Source: Chiloscyllium plagiosum (Eukaryota). Taken from it: 64,000 nucleotides of DNA. The number at the start of each line of letters is the position of its first letter. The stretch's first letter is position 1. Positions 13,711-25,260 of the stretch are shown here, piece after piece. The translations under genes were made by a program, and so were the position numbers. The stretch covers positions 54,683,971-54,747,970 of the forward strand of contig NC_057719.1 of assembly GCF_004010195.1 (NCBI RefSeq). Reading direction: 5' to 3'. The notes under the pieces were generated by a model. It was not told the DNA's origin, ran no database searches, and was given only the letters and a program-made list of their open reading frames with translations.

Positions 13711-14202
13711 TATGTTGTAAAAAGTTACATTTAGAAAAAAGTTCAAAAACGAATTTGAAATGATTATTGTTACATTTGACTGTATTGTATGTTGAATGCG
13801 GAGTTTTATATATTCCAAAAGATTAATTTTCCTCCACTGAACATATAATTATTTGGATCTTACTTCAGTTTCCATTCATTCAATAAGGGTCAATAATAGG
13901 AAAGATGATGGTAGAAGCATCACCAGAGGCAAAGATCACAGCTAATAAAGAGTCTGAAGTTTGTTTAAGTCTAAATTGGTTGAAACTGCAGCTGAAGAGT
14001 CAATTTCTTAAAAGAAATTGGGAATTTGGATCCAATCAGCCACTTCCACTTCCACTGAAGATATGGAGTATGTTGGCTGAAATGCAGCGACACACTTCAG
14101 GTTGGCTGAGGGCACACAGTTTCTGTATTAAAAGAGAAAGCCCAGAGGAGGCATCTGAGGAGGAAGGTCCTCACTTCACCTTCCAGTGCCTCTCTTGTGC
14201 AG

Positions 14203-14733
14203 AAGCTGGCACTGCTTTACATAGTCTCTGCAAAGCAACATAGACCCATTTGAGAATGTGCATGACAAACTTCTTCATTTATCAAAGTGAAGTCTATAAA
14301 GTTGAATCAAACAGGATTTTAGGTGAATTCCTCATAGGAATTCTGAAAGAACTGTTGGCATATTGATGAGATCCTAACAAAGTTTGCTGGAAGTCCTTGG
14401 AATGTCTTTCAAAAATGGGAGAATGTTTTTGCACATTAGAACATAGAACATAGAACATAGAACAGTACAGCACAGAACAGGCCCTTCAGCCCATGATGTT
14501 GCGCCGACCATTGATCCTCATGTATGCACCCTCAAATTTCTGTGACCATATGCATGTCCAATAGTCTCTTGAATGTCCTCAGTGACCTTGCTTCCACAAC
14601 TGCTGCTGGCAATGCATTCCATGCTCTCACAACTCTCTGTGTAAAAAACCTGCCTCTGACATCCCCTCTATACTTTCCACCAACCAGCTTAAAACTATGA
14701 CCCCTCGTGTTAGTCATTTCTGCCCTGGGAAAT
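14203..14733. repeat. 531-bp direct duplication, copy 1
   Basis: Repeated at 15655-16185 (offset 1452); only two differences noticed (ctgaaagaac vs cttaaataac). Confidence 0.9.
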
Positions 14734-15563
14734 AGTCTCTGGCTATCGACTCTATCTATGCCTCTCATTATTTTGTATACCTCAATTAGGTCCCCTCTCC
14801 TCCTCCTTTTCTCCAATGAAAAAAGTCCGAGCTCAGTCAACCTCTCTTCATAAGATAAGCCGTCCAGTCCAGGTTACATCCTGGTAAACCTCCTCTGAAC
14901 CCTCTCCAAAGCATCCACATCTTTCCTATAATAGGGAAACCAGAACTGGACGCAGTATTCCAAGTGCAGTCTAACCAAGTTTTATAGAGCTGCAACAAGA
15001 TCTCACGACTCTTAAACTCAATCCCCCTGTTAATGAAAGCCAAAACACCATATGCTTTCTTAACAACCCTGTCCACTTGGGTGGCCATTTTAAGGGATCT
15101 ATGTACCTGCACACCAAGATCCCTCTGTTCCTCCACACTGCCAAGAATCCTATCCTTAATCCTGTACTCAGCTTTCAAATTCAACCTTCCAAAATGCATC
15201 ACTTCGCATTTATCCAGGTTAAATGCCATCTGCCACCTCTCAGCCCATCTCTGCATCTTGTCAATGTCCTGCTGCAGCCTACAACAGCCCTCTATACTGT
15301 CAATGACACCTCCAACCTTTGTGTCATCTGTAAACTTGCTGAACCATCCTTCAATCCCCTCATCCAAGTCATTAATAAAAATTACAAACAGTAGAGGCCC
15401 AAGGACAGAGCCCTGTGAAACACCACTCACCACAGACTTGCAGGCAGAATATTTTCCTTCTATTACCACTCGCTGTCTTCTGTTGGCCAGCCAATTCTAT
15501 ATCCAGACAGCTAAGTTCCCCAGCCTACCATGGGGAACCTTATCAAATGCCTTGCTGAAGTCC
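14437..15563 (-). mobile_element. CR1 LINE 3' part (RT), relatively young
   Basis: SGVSQGSVLGPLLFVIFINDLD, FTDDTK (14837-15469); (tagaaca)n tail at 14438-14464. Confidence 0.95.
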
Positions 15564-15654
15564 ATTCTTTTGTCCTTTTGCTGGCACTTCATTACCTAAC
15601 TGCTTTTGATCATCTAGCACCCTTCTATTAAGCATTTTTCAGAGCATTTAACTA

Positions 15655-16185
15655 AAGCTGGCACTGCTTTACATAGTCTCTGCAAAGCAACATAGACCCA
15701 TTTGAGAATGTGCATGACAAACTTCTTCATTTATCAAAGTGAAGTCTATAAAGTTGAATCAAACAGGATTTTAGGTGAATTCCTCATAGGAATTCTTAAA
15801 TAACTGTTGGCATATTGATGAGATCCTAACAAAGTTTGCTGGAAGTCCTTGGAATGTCTTTCAAAAATGGGAGAATGTTTTTGCACATTAGAACATAGAA
15901 CATAGAACATAGAACAGTACAGCACAGAACAGGCCCTTCAGCCCATGATGTTGCGCCGACCATTGATCCTCATGTATGCACCCTCAAATTTCTGTGACCA
16001 TATGCATGTCCAATAGTCTCTTGAATGTCCTCAGTGACCTTGCTTCCACAACTGCTGCTGGCAATGCATTCCATGCTCTCACAACTCTCTGTGTAAAAAA
16101 CCTGCCTCTGACATCCCCTCTATACTTTCCACCAACCAGCTTAAAACTATGACCCCTCGTGTTAGTCATTTCTGCCCTGGGAAAT
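15655..16185. repeat. 531-bp direct duplication, copy 2 (flank + CR1 3' end)
   Basis: Near-identical to 14203-14733. Confidence 0.9.
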
Positions 16186-16304
16186 GACTAGTTGGGTGTA
16201 ATTGACGTTCTTGATGCAAAAATTGCCCTTCACCCACTATCTTCTTGCTCTTCCCAACCATAATAAATGCCTGCTTAATTTTCAGTCCAAAGTTCTGATG
16301 AGAA

Positions 16305-16412
16305 CGAGCTCTTATGGTATAATAGTAGTGTCCCTATCAATGTGCCAGAGGTCTGGGCTCAAGTCCCATTTGAACCAGAGGTATTTCATAACATGTCTGA
16401 GCAGGTTGATCC
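16305..16412 (+). mobile_element. Short tRNA-like SINE head
   Basis: tggtataatagtagtgtcccta...gggctcaagtccc; related minus copy at ~58790-58880. Confidence 0.5.
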
Positions 16413-16459
16413 AAAGCACCTGAAGATGCAGTGAAGCCTTACAAAGTTAAAACTTGACA

Positions 16460-17187
16460 TTCCCTAGTGGAGGGCTCTCTACGTGGGGGTCCTCTCCGTT
16501 TCTCTTGGGGATCTGGGATGGAGGATGCTGCACGCAGCAGTCCCCTGCAACTGCAGATTGTGGTGGTTCATGAACTCCTAGCCCAATTGCTTTTTCTGTG
16601 GTGCTGTGGAGTCCATGGACCATGTACATATTGAGTATGGGTGTTTGCATTCCCTTTTTGGTTTTGGTTGCACCTCAGACCCACACTCCTGATCTTTGGG
16701 CACCTGGTGCGGAGGGGGGTGGGTAGGTCAGAGGACCTCCTTGTGGGTCTGCTCCTGGGCCTGGCCAAACTGGCCATAAACAGATCCAGGCAGCGTACCA
16801 TTGAAGGGGGTTGTTAGGGCTGATTGCCTGCTCTTCTCCCTTGGTTACGTTCGAGCCTGGGTGTCCCTGGAGAAGGAGCACGCAGTGTCCACCAACACCT
16901 TTGAGCTGGTCAGGGAGAGTTGGGCACTGCAGAGGGTGTCTTGTTTTATTTTTCCCTCCAACTCTATTTTGATTTAATCCCTACCCTCCCCTTCACTTTT
17001 TTGATCACGCATCATGGCCTTTTGTCAAGAAGGGCACTGCTTGTCACTGGCCATTCTGGCGTTTCCTTTCTTCCTAGTGGTGGAATATAAATAAAGATTT
17101 ATGCACTTGTTCTCCACTGTGTCCTACACCTGCACACACATGACATGGGTGCTGGGGATTGACTCTGAACTGCCTGGGCCACAAGAA
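16460..17187 (+). mobile_element. Tx1/L1-clade LINE 3' fragment (zf-RVT region)
   Basis: DLGWRMLHAAVPCN and C-x-FCGAVESMDHVHIE motifs; aataaa near 17089; TSD aaaacttgaca at 16449-16459 and 17188-17198. Confidence 0.85.
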
Positions 17188-17494
17188 AAAACTTGACACT
17201 TATTTTCATCGATACTGATTAACCTGCATTTCTAGCATTCTCAATTTGCACTCGTTTGTTATCCTGTGCTCAAAATCACAAAATATGTACTGATTGTATG
17301 AAGTATTTTTTTTGAATTGTAAACTTTTGAGTTTTATTTATTTCCAAGATGTTGAGATAAATGATTGTTGTTACACCTACACATAGTAAAGCAAACACAC
17401 TCAAGATTAAATGCACATCAAGAACTCAAAAATCTCTTACTGAGTTTGCCCAAGGAATAGATACCAACTCGATTGCATGGTGGTCGTGTATTTT

Positions 17495-17735
17495 GCAGAG
17501 AGAAGGTGAATTATCCCCAGTGTCCTGTTAATATATATCTCACAATCAACGTCATAAAAACAGATTATCTAATCAATATCATCCTGCTGATTGGAGGTGC
17601 TTGCTGTGCACAAAATGTGTTCCTTAAATTAAAAATAATCATATTTTAAAAAGTTACTCCATTAGCTGTAAAATATTTTAAAACCATCAGAGGTCATGAA
17701 AGGTGCTATATAAATGTAAGTTTTTTTTATTCCTT
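17495..17735 (+). mobile_element. DeuSINE 3' half
   Basis: ccccagtgtcctg..aatat..cagattatct..cttgctgtgcacaaaat..gaaaggtgctatataaatgtaag. Confidence 0.75.
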
Positions 17736-19369
17736 TCGGATGCTCATGGTTTGTAATGTCAACAGGTTTAGGCATTTGATCTCTCCTTATGTACATTGAT
17801 CTCCATCTCTCCTGATCATTTATAGAGCAATCAATAATTGTGTACTAAATAATTTATTACATTGCCACAAAAGGAATTGCATAAATGAAATATAACATAT
17901 AATTAACTAGAACAATTACATATTTCCCAACATCAATGGAATAGATTTCTTATTGCAGTTATTGTACATTTACGTTTAAACCAGCATGTTCAATTTGTAG
18001 CGATAAAAGATAATCATGGGTATTAATCTATGTGCTCACAAAGAATTACAAGAACAATTACCTGTTAATGTCCACACAATCAATACACAATGGAAAAACG
18101 AATGGGTTTCTATTTTCCATGCATTGCTATTTCCTTTGATGTAATCAAACCTAAGGAAAGTCAAGAGTTCAAAAAAAGACTTCTTATATCTTGGGTTTCA
18201 TAGGTTATTTAACATTCATTACTTCAAAGCTTCATACTGCTAAGGTTACAGAAAGCTTTATGCTACCCAAAGACACTGTAAGTGCACATGGTATGCACAA
18301 ACAGGAAATAAATCGAAAATGTCACATCAAAGTATCAAGTTTAAGCACGTAAATTGTGTATGTCAGCGACAAAGAAATGTTGTAATTGTTAGGAAATAAA
18401 TTACCTCAGGTATTAATTGATGCAGTCACCTGAAATGGTCTGCACAGTACCAGATAAGTGATGTGCTGATGAATACCATATCTTCAACAGCACCCAGTGT
18501 AAACTAATGAAGTGATGCCACTGCCTATGGATGCAAAGACTCAATTAAAGAGGTGAGTGCTTCTGGCTGTCCACTGCTCATTGCAGCAGTATAAATAGTA
18601 TTATTGAAGGGAAAAGCTGCCACCTTTTTGCAAGTTTTCTGAGTACAATTTATCATGACGTATCTTGAGGGCAATACATTTTTTCAGTTGGAATTTAATT
18701 CTGGCCACCCACAATAAAGCAGCAAAGCTGTAAATAAGCGTTGTGGATCTTTTTATGAGCTTCAAAATTTTACTTCAGTTTGTACTGCATACTGGAAATA
18801 TATTTTTTATGTAAAGTGTGGACTTTTTGCTTAATTTTGTGGACTTGTAGCCAGTAAATGAGGTAAATTCCAGAAGGATTTGTGACAACAAAATTCAGTT
18901 CAGAATCATTGGTAGCCTTGGCCCGAGAAGTTCCATTTTAGTACTGAAGTGACATCTATTTTATGCTTGTTTATTCTGGTTTGGAAGTCTTCATGCAGAC
19001 CATTAATATTATGAGGATACATTAGAAATAGGTACAATAGGCAGATCTTGCCAATCCATATTTATTGTTGATTTTGTGCCATCTTGCTACGATTTTGGAG
19101 CTCACTTCTCCCAGTTAAAGCCATTTCTTAACCTTGAACCATTGCATATGCATTCAGGAGTAGTAATGTGCGTTCATTCAATTTTAACATTAGGGTTAGT
19201 TTCTACTTACAGTCTGTTAGCTGTGTTGAGCATGTGGAAGTCTGCAGCATACAGTGAAATGGTGCAGACGGTGTGAATACTCATAGGTCAACCAGCTTGC
19301 AGGAAGTCAGCAACAAAAATTCTCAGTAGGTGGGTTGAACAACTGAGGTCACCTGACAATATTTTCCTT

Positions 19370-19590
19370 TGTTTCCTTCATGAGATGTGAATGTAACATG
19401 GGTGTAGTGAGCTACATTCTTGAAATAGCCAAGTGGTTTAGGTACACAGACAACTCTGTTTACAAGAGAGTTCTGGGTTTTTGACCAGACCAATGAATGA
19501 AGAACAATAGTGTTTCAAGTTAGGATTGGAACTGAGCTTAGCCACTTGTGCCTGCTGTTCCTGTCCTTCACAGTGATGGAGGTCTTTATT
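19370..19590 (-). mobile_element. Decayed LINE 3' end (tail resembling the 9352/54624 SINE family)
   Basis: ttcatgagatgtg..gtagtgagctacattcttgaa..ttaggtacac..gagttctgggtttttgacc; similar piece at ~27160-27270. Confidence 0.5.
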
Positions 19591-19972
19591 GCCACTTAAA
19601 CTGGGAGCTGATTATGTGTTGCCTAAGAGTAATTAAGGAGGTGGCTTTAAGACTCTTCCACCTTTTGTAACCAGATCACTAGCCTCAGGACAGGGTAAAG
19701 ACAGCTTTGCCAATTCCGTAGCCCTGAATTTCTTCATGTTCAGATCCTGCCAGTCTACAATAAGTGCCATACCTACCATCTTCCAGTCTGCCATCTGTAG
19801 TACAAAAAGATGATAGAAGCTCTTTAAGTGAGGAGAGGACACTTCATTGTGTTCTCATGGAGAAAACAAAATGGAACATATAAAGGCTCTGGTAGAAAAG
19901 GAGGTTTCCCTCTGGCCATTTAGTACAATCGTGAGTATTATTGCAACCCTACAGGTTATTGCTCATTGATTG

Positions 19973-20674
19973 TGTTACGACATGGGGTAAACCCTCTTGC
20001 TTAATTTAAACCAGCAACACAGAAAAGATTTATCCTGTACAGCAATCTATAAAAGTTTGAGAGTCCAAGAACTACTTAAAGTAAAAAAATTGACAACTTT
20101 ATTTCTTAATTTATAACGGAGAATAATTAACCAACAATTCCTTCCTCTAACCTATATTCTACCTTCCCCTTGTACAATAATAGTCTGTTAAACGCCCCTG
20201 ACTAAGATTTACCAAAAAATTCAAGTTTTCAAAACCAGTCAGCTGTTGAATCTTCTGCTTGGATCTTCCTGTCTTCTTTTATTCTTCTTAGCGATTTCTG
20301 TTTCACAGGTTACTGATCGATAAAGGTAACTTTAAGACAGCTATTTTTTGGGCAGTCTGTACATGCTGGTGGCCTGGCAGTTCTTCTCCCAGCTGCTCAA
20401 TTTCCCCTGGTCCGATACCCCCAAAGTATCGAATTGTGTCATTGGCTTTTAATATTGTCAATATACTCAATTCAAACTGGATTGAAGTTTTTTTTAAGGT
20501 ATAAGTTAAACTGATTGCCCTAATTTGAATCTGTTTTTGTCTCCAGGCAACCAGCTATCCTAACTGCTGGACCACATACTGCATCATACCTTGTTGAGAA
20601 CATTTGGTGCTGTCAGGTAGTTCTACTAGCTTTTAACTTTCTTAAAGGTACAGTATACCCACATCTTCATAATA
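19973..20674 (-). mobile_element. Solo LTR related to the Gmr1-like element at 28778
   Basis: Both ends are reverse complements of the 28778/34475 LTR termini; 4-bp TSD attg at 19969-19972 and 20675-20678. Confidence 0.9.
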
Positions 20675-21259
20675 ATTGGACAATTTGGTTTGCAGTTGCT
20701 CACAACAAAGTAGACTGGTGACTGTCTGCTTTCTTGGCAACAGAAATAATGTAACTATCCTGTTTAATCTGCTGTTCTGTAAATCTTTACATTTATAATT
20801 ATCATTTTATGGAGTGAGCCTGACCATTTCATTATTCTGGGATGTTTGGTGGGGTTCCAGGAGGTACATCGATGAGTGCTAAGACTGATCGGCTAAGGCT
20901 GTGCTGCAAATAATACCATAGATAACTGAGTTTTGGATGAGATGCTTCCTCACCTTAAGCTCTCTATCTGCCTCTAATATACACCTATTTTGAAGGAGGC
21001 TATGCGGTGACTTTTTAAAAAACTTGGTTGCATTAGGAATAGCAATCCTGAACACTCAGTCAATATCAAAGCTTCTGAATGAAGCCATTTATGTGTCCTT
21101 CCTTTGACCATCCTGAGAGCACATCCCAGATTCATGGTTTTCATAGAAGACTCATGTTGATAAGTGAGGGTCAGGCATTTGGGCTACATGAACATCCCAA
21201 CTCAGTTATCAGTGTCTCAAAATGGTACAGATGCTTGGCATACTCACACTAGTGGGCAC

Positions 21260-21970
21260 CACAATGTTTTGATCTGACTTCAGAAAGAAAAGAGAAGAAC
21301 ACGTCCCCATTTTATATCAATGGAACAGAGGCTGAGAGGGTGGAGAGCTCCTCTCCTTGGAGTGACAATAACCGATAACCTGTCCTGGACTTCCCATGTA
21401 GATTCAACCGTCAAGAAGGCACAACAATGCCTCTTCTTCCTCAGGCAGCTCAGGAAATTTGGCATGTCCATAAGGATTCTCACTAACTTCTACAGATTCA
21501 CCATTGAGACCACACTGTCCAGGTGCATAATGGCCGAGTATGGACCATAAGAAACTACAAAAGGTTACGTGCACAGCCCAGACCATTACAGAAGCCAGCC
21601 TTCTATCCATGAACTCCATTTACACAGCTCACTGCTGTGGAAAGGCTGCCGACATCCCTGATAATGCTCTTCTACAACCTCTATCATCAGGCAGAAGATA
21701 CAGAAGTCTGAACACATGCAGCAGCAGGTTCAGGAACAGCTTCTTCCTGGCTGTTATTAGACTGATGAATGGAGTCTTTAGACTCAAATGATGCTGATCT
21801 TGCTAATATTGATCTCACCTAGTGCACTCCCTGTGCAATGTAACCTGTGTGCCTCTGTCTAAGTCTTTCTGATCTGTACATTCTTGCTAACTATGATCTG
21901 CCTCATAAACAAAACTTTTCATTACACCTCGGTACACATGACAATCAATCAATAAATCAATCAATCAATC
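21260..21970 (+). mobile_element. Rex1/Babar-clade LINE 3' fragment
   Basis: LGVTITDNLSWTSHVDSTVKKAQQCLFFLRQLRKF and LSSGRRYRSL..RFRNSFF; (tcaa)n tail. Confidence 0.85.
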
Positions 21971-21983
21971 AGATCTCCAGCAG

Positions 21984-22083
21984 AGTCAAGATTCAAATGG
22001 TGCTGGAAAAGCACAGCAGGTCAGGCAGCATCCAAGGAGAAAGAAAATCAACGTTTCGGGCAAAAGCCCTTCATCAGGAATCT
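21984..22083 (-). mobile_element. Hammerhead-bearing Penelope-derived mini-element
   Basis: Minus strand reads CTGATGA-AGGGC-TTTT-GCCC-GAAA-CGTT (22050-22077); flanked by gatctccagcag at 21972-21983 and 22084-22095. Confidence 0.8.
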
Positions 22084-22299
22084 GATCTCCAGCAGCTCAA
22101 TTGAAAACATTTGACTTTTTTATATTGAGTTGTGGTATAATTCCAACACAATTCACTCTCCTTTTAAACCTTAGACTATGAAGTAGCATTTGGGTATGCG
22201 AAAGCATAAAGGCACAAATGGAGGATTGGATTGAGGGAAGAGGGGGAAGGGAAGCAAGGGGCACATGATTACACTTTCTGCAGCTGGTTATTTTTGACA

Positions 22300-22890
22300 G
22301 ATTGAGGGTGAAGTGGGATGTCAGAAGATGGATTAGACGATAACATACCATCATCATCTTGCAAGTCCAACTCCATCATTGACCTCCTAGCACCGTTTCC
22401 TCCATGGGGGAGAGGCCATGCAGCTGTAATTGATCCCTGCAGTAGTGTGTTGTTGCTTTTGATTGCTTGCCACTTTCTCCTGTGAAAGATGGAAGTGTGC
22501 AATTGAGTATGTTGCAATGCGTTTGTAAATGTGGTGCAATGTGAAACAGTATATGCAAGATGTGAATGTGCAAATTGAAGCAATACTAGATGTTTGAGGA
22601 GGCTGTAAAGATGTATAAATTGTAGTTCGTCAAGACTGTTGGTAAGTGATGAAGGGATTCTAGTGAATGGAGCAATGTATGATGCCCATGGTTTAAGTGC
22701 ATGGTGCTGGGTACATCGTGATACATTCACTGACTGAATCACTCACATAATATGATTGAACATTTTGAGGCACTGTATCCAGATTGTCAATGGCTATCTT
22801 CTCCCTGTGCCTTCTTTATATTTTCCAGGAATGTCTCCTGGCCCCTTTAGGTAAGAAGATCTCTCTCCCTCTGTCTGTTTTTCCATATGA
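22300..22890 (-). mobile_element. PIF/Harbinger-type Myb/SANT gene remnant (two exons)
   Basis: Minus-strand translation: DRGREIFLPKGARRH..EKIAID / WIQCLKMFNH, then after an acceptor ctttcacag: EKVASNQKQQHTTAG / LSPMEETVL. Confidence 0.6.
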
Positions 22891-22916
22891 AAACTTACAA
22901 ACATTTATTGGTCAAT

Positions 22917-23146
22917 GAGGCGAAAGTGAGGACTGCAGATGCTGGAGATTAGAGTCGAGGATGTGGTGCTGGAAAAGCACAGCAAAGTCAGGCAGCATCT
23001 GAGGAGCAGGAGAATTGATGTTTTGGGCAAAAGCCCTTCATCAGGAATCTTCAGGACCTGAAAAAGGGTTATACCCAAAACATTGACTTATCCACCTCCT
23101 GATGCTGCCTGGCCTGTTGTGTTCCTACAGCCTCCTGCCTGTCTAT
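22917..23146. mobile_element. Two Penelope-derived terminal fragments joined head-to-head at their hammerhead cores
   Basis: Minus copy 22917-23048 (ctgatgaagggcttttgcccaaaa); plus copy 23050-23146 (ctgaaaaagggttatacccaaaac). Confidence 0.75.
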
Positions 23147-23690
23147 TTGTGATTAGTTTCACCATTTTCTGAGATGCTGCCATTTTTCTGACTTCTTGTT
23201 ACTATCAGAATGCATCTTGCACAAACGAAAATCCTTGATGAGAATACGTCGCCCCTCAACAGTATGGTCAACATGGAGCATTGCATGTCACCATTACAAT
23301 TTGTCAGCAGCATGAGTTTTGCACTGTTTGCCTTGCTTTCAATAGCCTCATGTTAACTGTATATCATCCCCTTTATTGTTGTTTTTACATCTTTAACTTT
23401 TTAACATTGGTGCCTGATTCTGCATTAACATTATTTCAATATGTACATAAATTTCTCACCATTTTGTGGTATCATGTTTCCTGACTAGAAAAATTCTGTC
23501 TCATGACCTCTTAATATAACACAGAAAAAAAAATCATGTTTTTTGACTTGTACTTTCACACAGAAAATATGTAAAACTATTGTCTATAGGCAGGAAACAT
23601 AGTCAACATAATCATTTCATCAATGGTACTAAATAAATAAATAGATGAAGATTAAACTTAACATTACTGGTCTAACACAAAGCAACCAGT

Positions 23691-23819
23691 AATATTGGCA
23701 TTGAGAAACTCAATCAGGTTCCCAGAGAGCAAGATTACAAGAAAGAACTTGCAGCTCCATAGTGTCTCCCTGAATCTGACTCCTGAGTTTGGAGAACAGA
23801 ATGGTGGGCTTAGTGGTTA
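23691..23819. repeat. ~130-bp local duplication (partner 24628-24768)
   Basis: aatattggca..gagagcaagattacaagaaagaactt..gtgtctccctgaatctgactcctgagttt..aacagaatggtgggcttagtg present at both sites. Confidence 0.85.
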
Positions 23820-24749
23820 TGCAGATACAAAATGCCACAAGTCTATTTTTTAAAAAAATGAAGCTTAAAAACATTCAAAGATATACAAGTTATTTAAGTT
23901 TGCCTCATTTCTATAGATTACTACAAGTAATGATAAAGAAAGACTACATTGAAATGGCATTGTTTAAAATAAGAAAACCGGTCACATTAAGGAGTACTAA
24001 TGTGCATGCAGGCATTGGAAAATAGCACTAAGATCGACCTATATACAATAAATTAACATCCAGCCAAAACAAAAAATCATTTGATTTCAAAGTGAAGACT
24101 TTACTAAATGATACGATAGGCACATGCTTATTTTTAATGTTGAACCTGATCCATTATGTTGGGGATACATTGGTTTGACTCAAGCGATTGGTTTTGATTG
24201 CACCATCAGAGAAATCTACAATTATATTCATTACAAAATATTAATTTGACAGCTCACTTTTTCTAGTGACGTTCCAGTGAGTGTTGGTCAAAGCATATGA
24301 GTTTGATTCCAATCTCAGCTGACATCGAAGTCATTGATAATGGGGAGTTTCAGTAACTCACAGTTTGGGCCTTTAAATGAAGCACTTAGTGACAGGAAAA
24401 TGTTTCATAAAAGCAAACAGAAAATATCAGTATAAGCGACCTAAACACAGAATGGAACAATATTTGCAGTTTATTTGTGAAAGTCTATGGTTTGACCAAC
24501 CCCTCAGTATAAATGAACTGACAAAAATTTAGCAAAAGAAAGTCTCTGAACCGACAGATTAGAAAATATCTTCAATGGTGATTGATCACAGCCAACCCCT
24601 TCAAGTCTTACTGGATTGTATTACAGAAATATTGGCACTGGGAAACTCAAGCAGCTTCCCAGAGACTTCTACTGAGAGCAAGATTACAAGAAAGAACTTT
24701 CAGCTTCAGAGTGTCTCCCTGAATCTGACTCCTGAGTTTGAAGAACAGA

Positions 24750-25260
24750 ATGGTGGGCTTAGTGTTTAGCACTGCTGCCGAACAGTGTCAGGGATCTGGG
24801 TTTGATTCCACCCTCAGGCGACTGTCTGTGCGGAGTTTGCAGATTCTTCTCATGTCAGCGTTGATTTCTGCTGGAGGCACCATTTTCCTTGCACAATTTG
24901 CAGGTTAAGTGGATTAGCTAAATTGTCCATAGTGTTTAGGGATGTGTAGGCTAGGTGGCTCAGTGGTTAGCACTGCGGCCTCACAGCGCTAGGGACGCAG
25001 GTTCGATCCCAGCCTTGGGTGACTGTCTGTGTGGAGTTTGCACATTTTCCCCATGTCTGCGTGGGTTTCCTCCGGGTGCTCCGATTTCCTCCCACAGTCA
25101 CAAAGATGTGCAGGTCAGGTGAATTGGCCATTCTAAATTGCCCATAGTGCTAGGTGCTTTAGTCAGCGGGAAATGGCTCTGTGTGGGTTCTCTTCAGAGG
25201 GCTAGTGTGGACTTGTTCGGCCAAAGGGTCTGTTTCCACATTGTAGGGAATCTAATCTAA
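24750..25260 (+). mobile_element. Two tandem/nested HE1-type SINEs
   Basis: Older head at ~24750-24954, then a second complete copy from ~24955 ending gggaatctaatctaa. Confidence 0.85.

Noticed and set aside
13905..14243. 112-aa ORF
   Set aside because: No recognisable homology; runs into the duplicated segment
15033..15599. 188-aa plus-strand ORF (also 1297-1653)
   Set aside because: Antisense frame of CR1 RT
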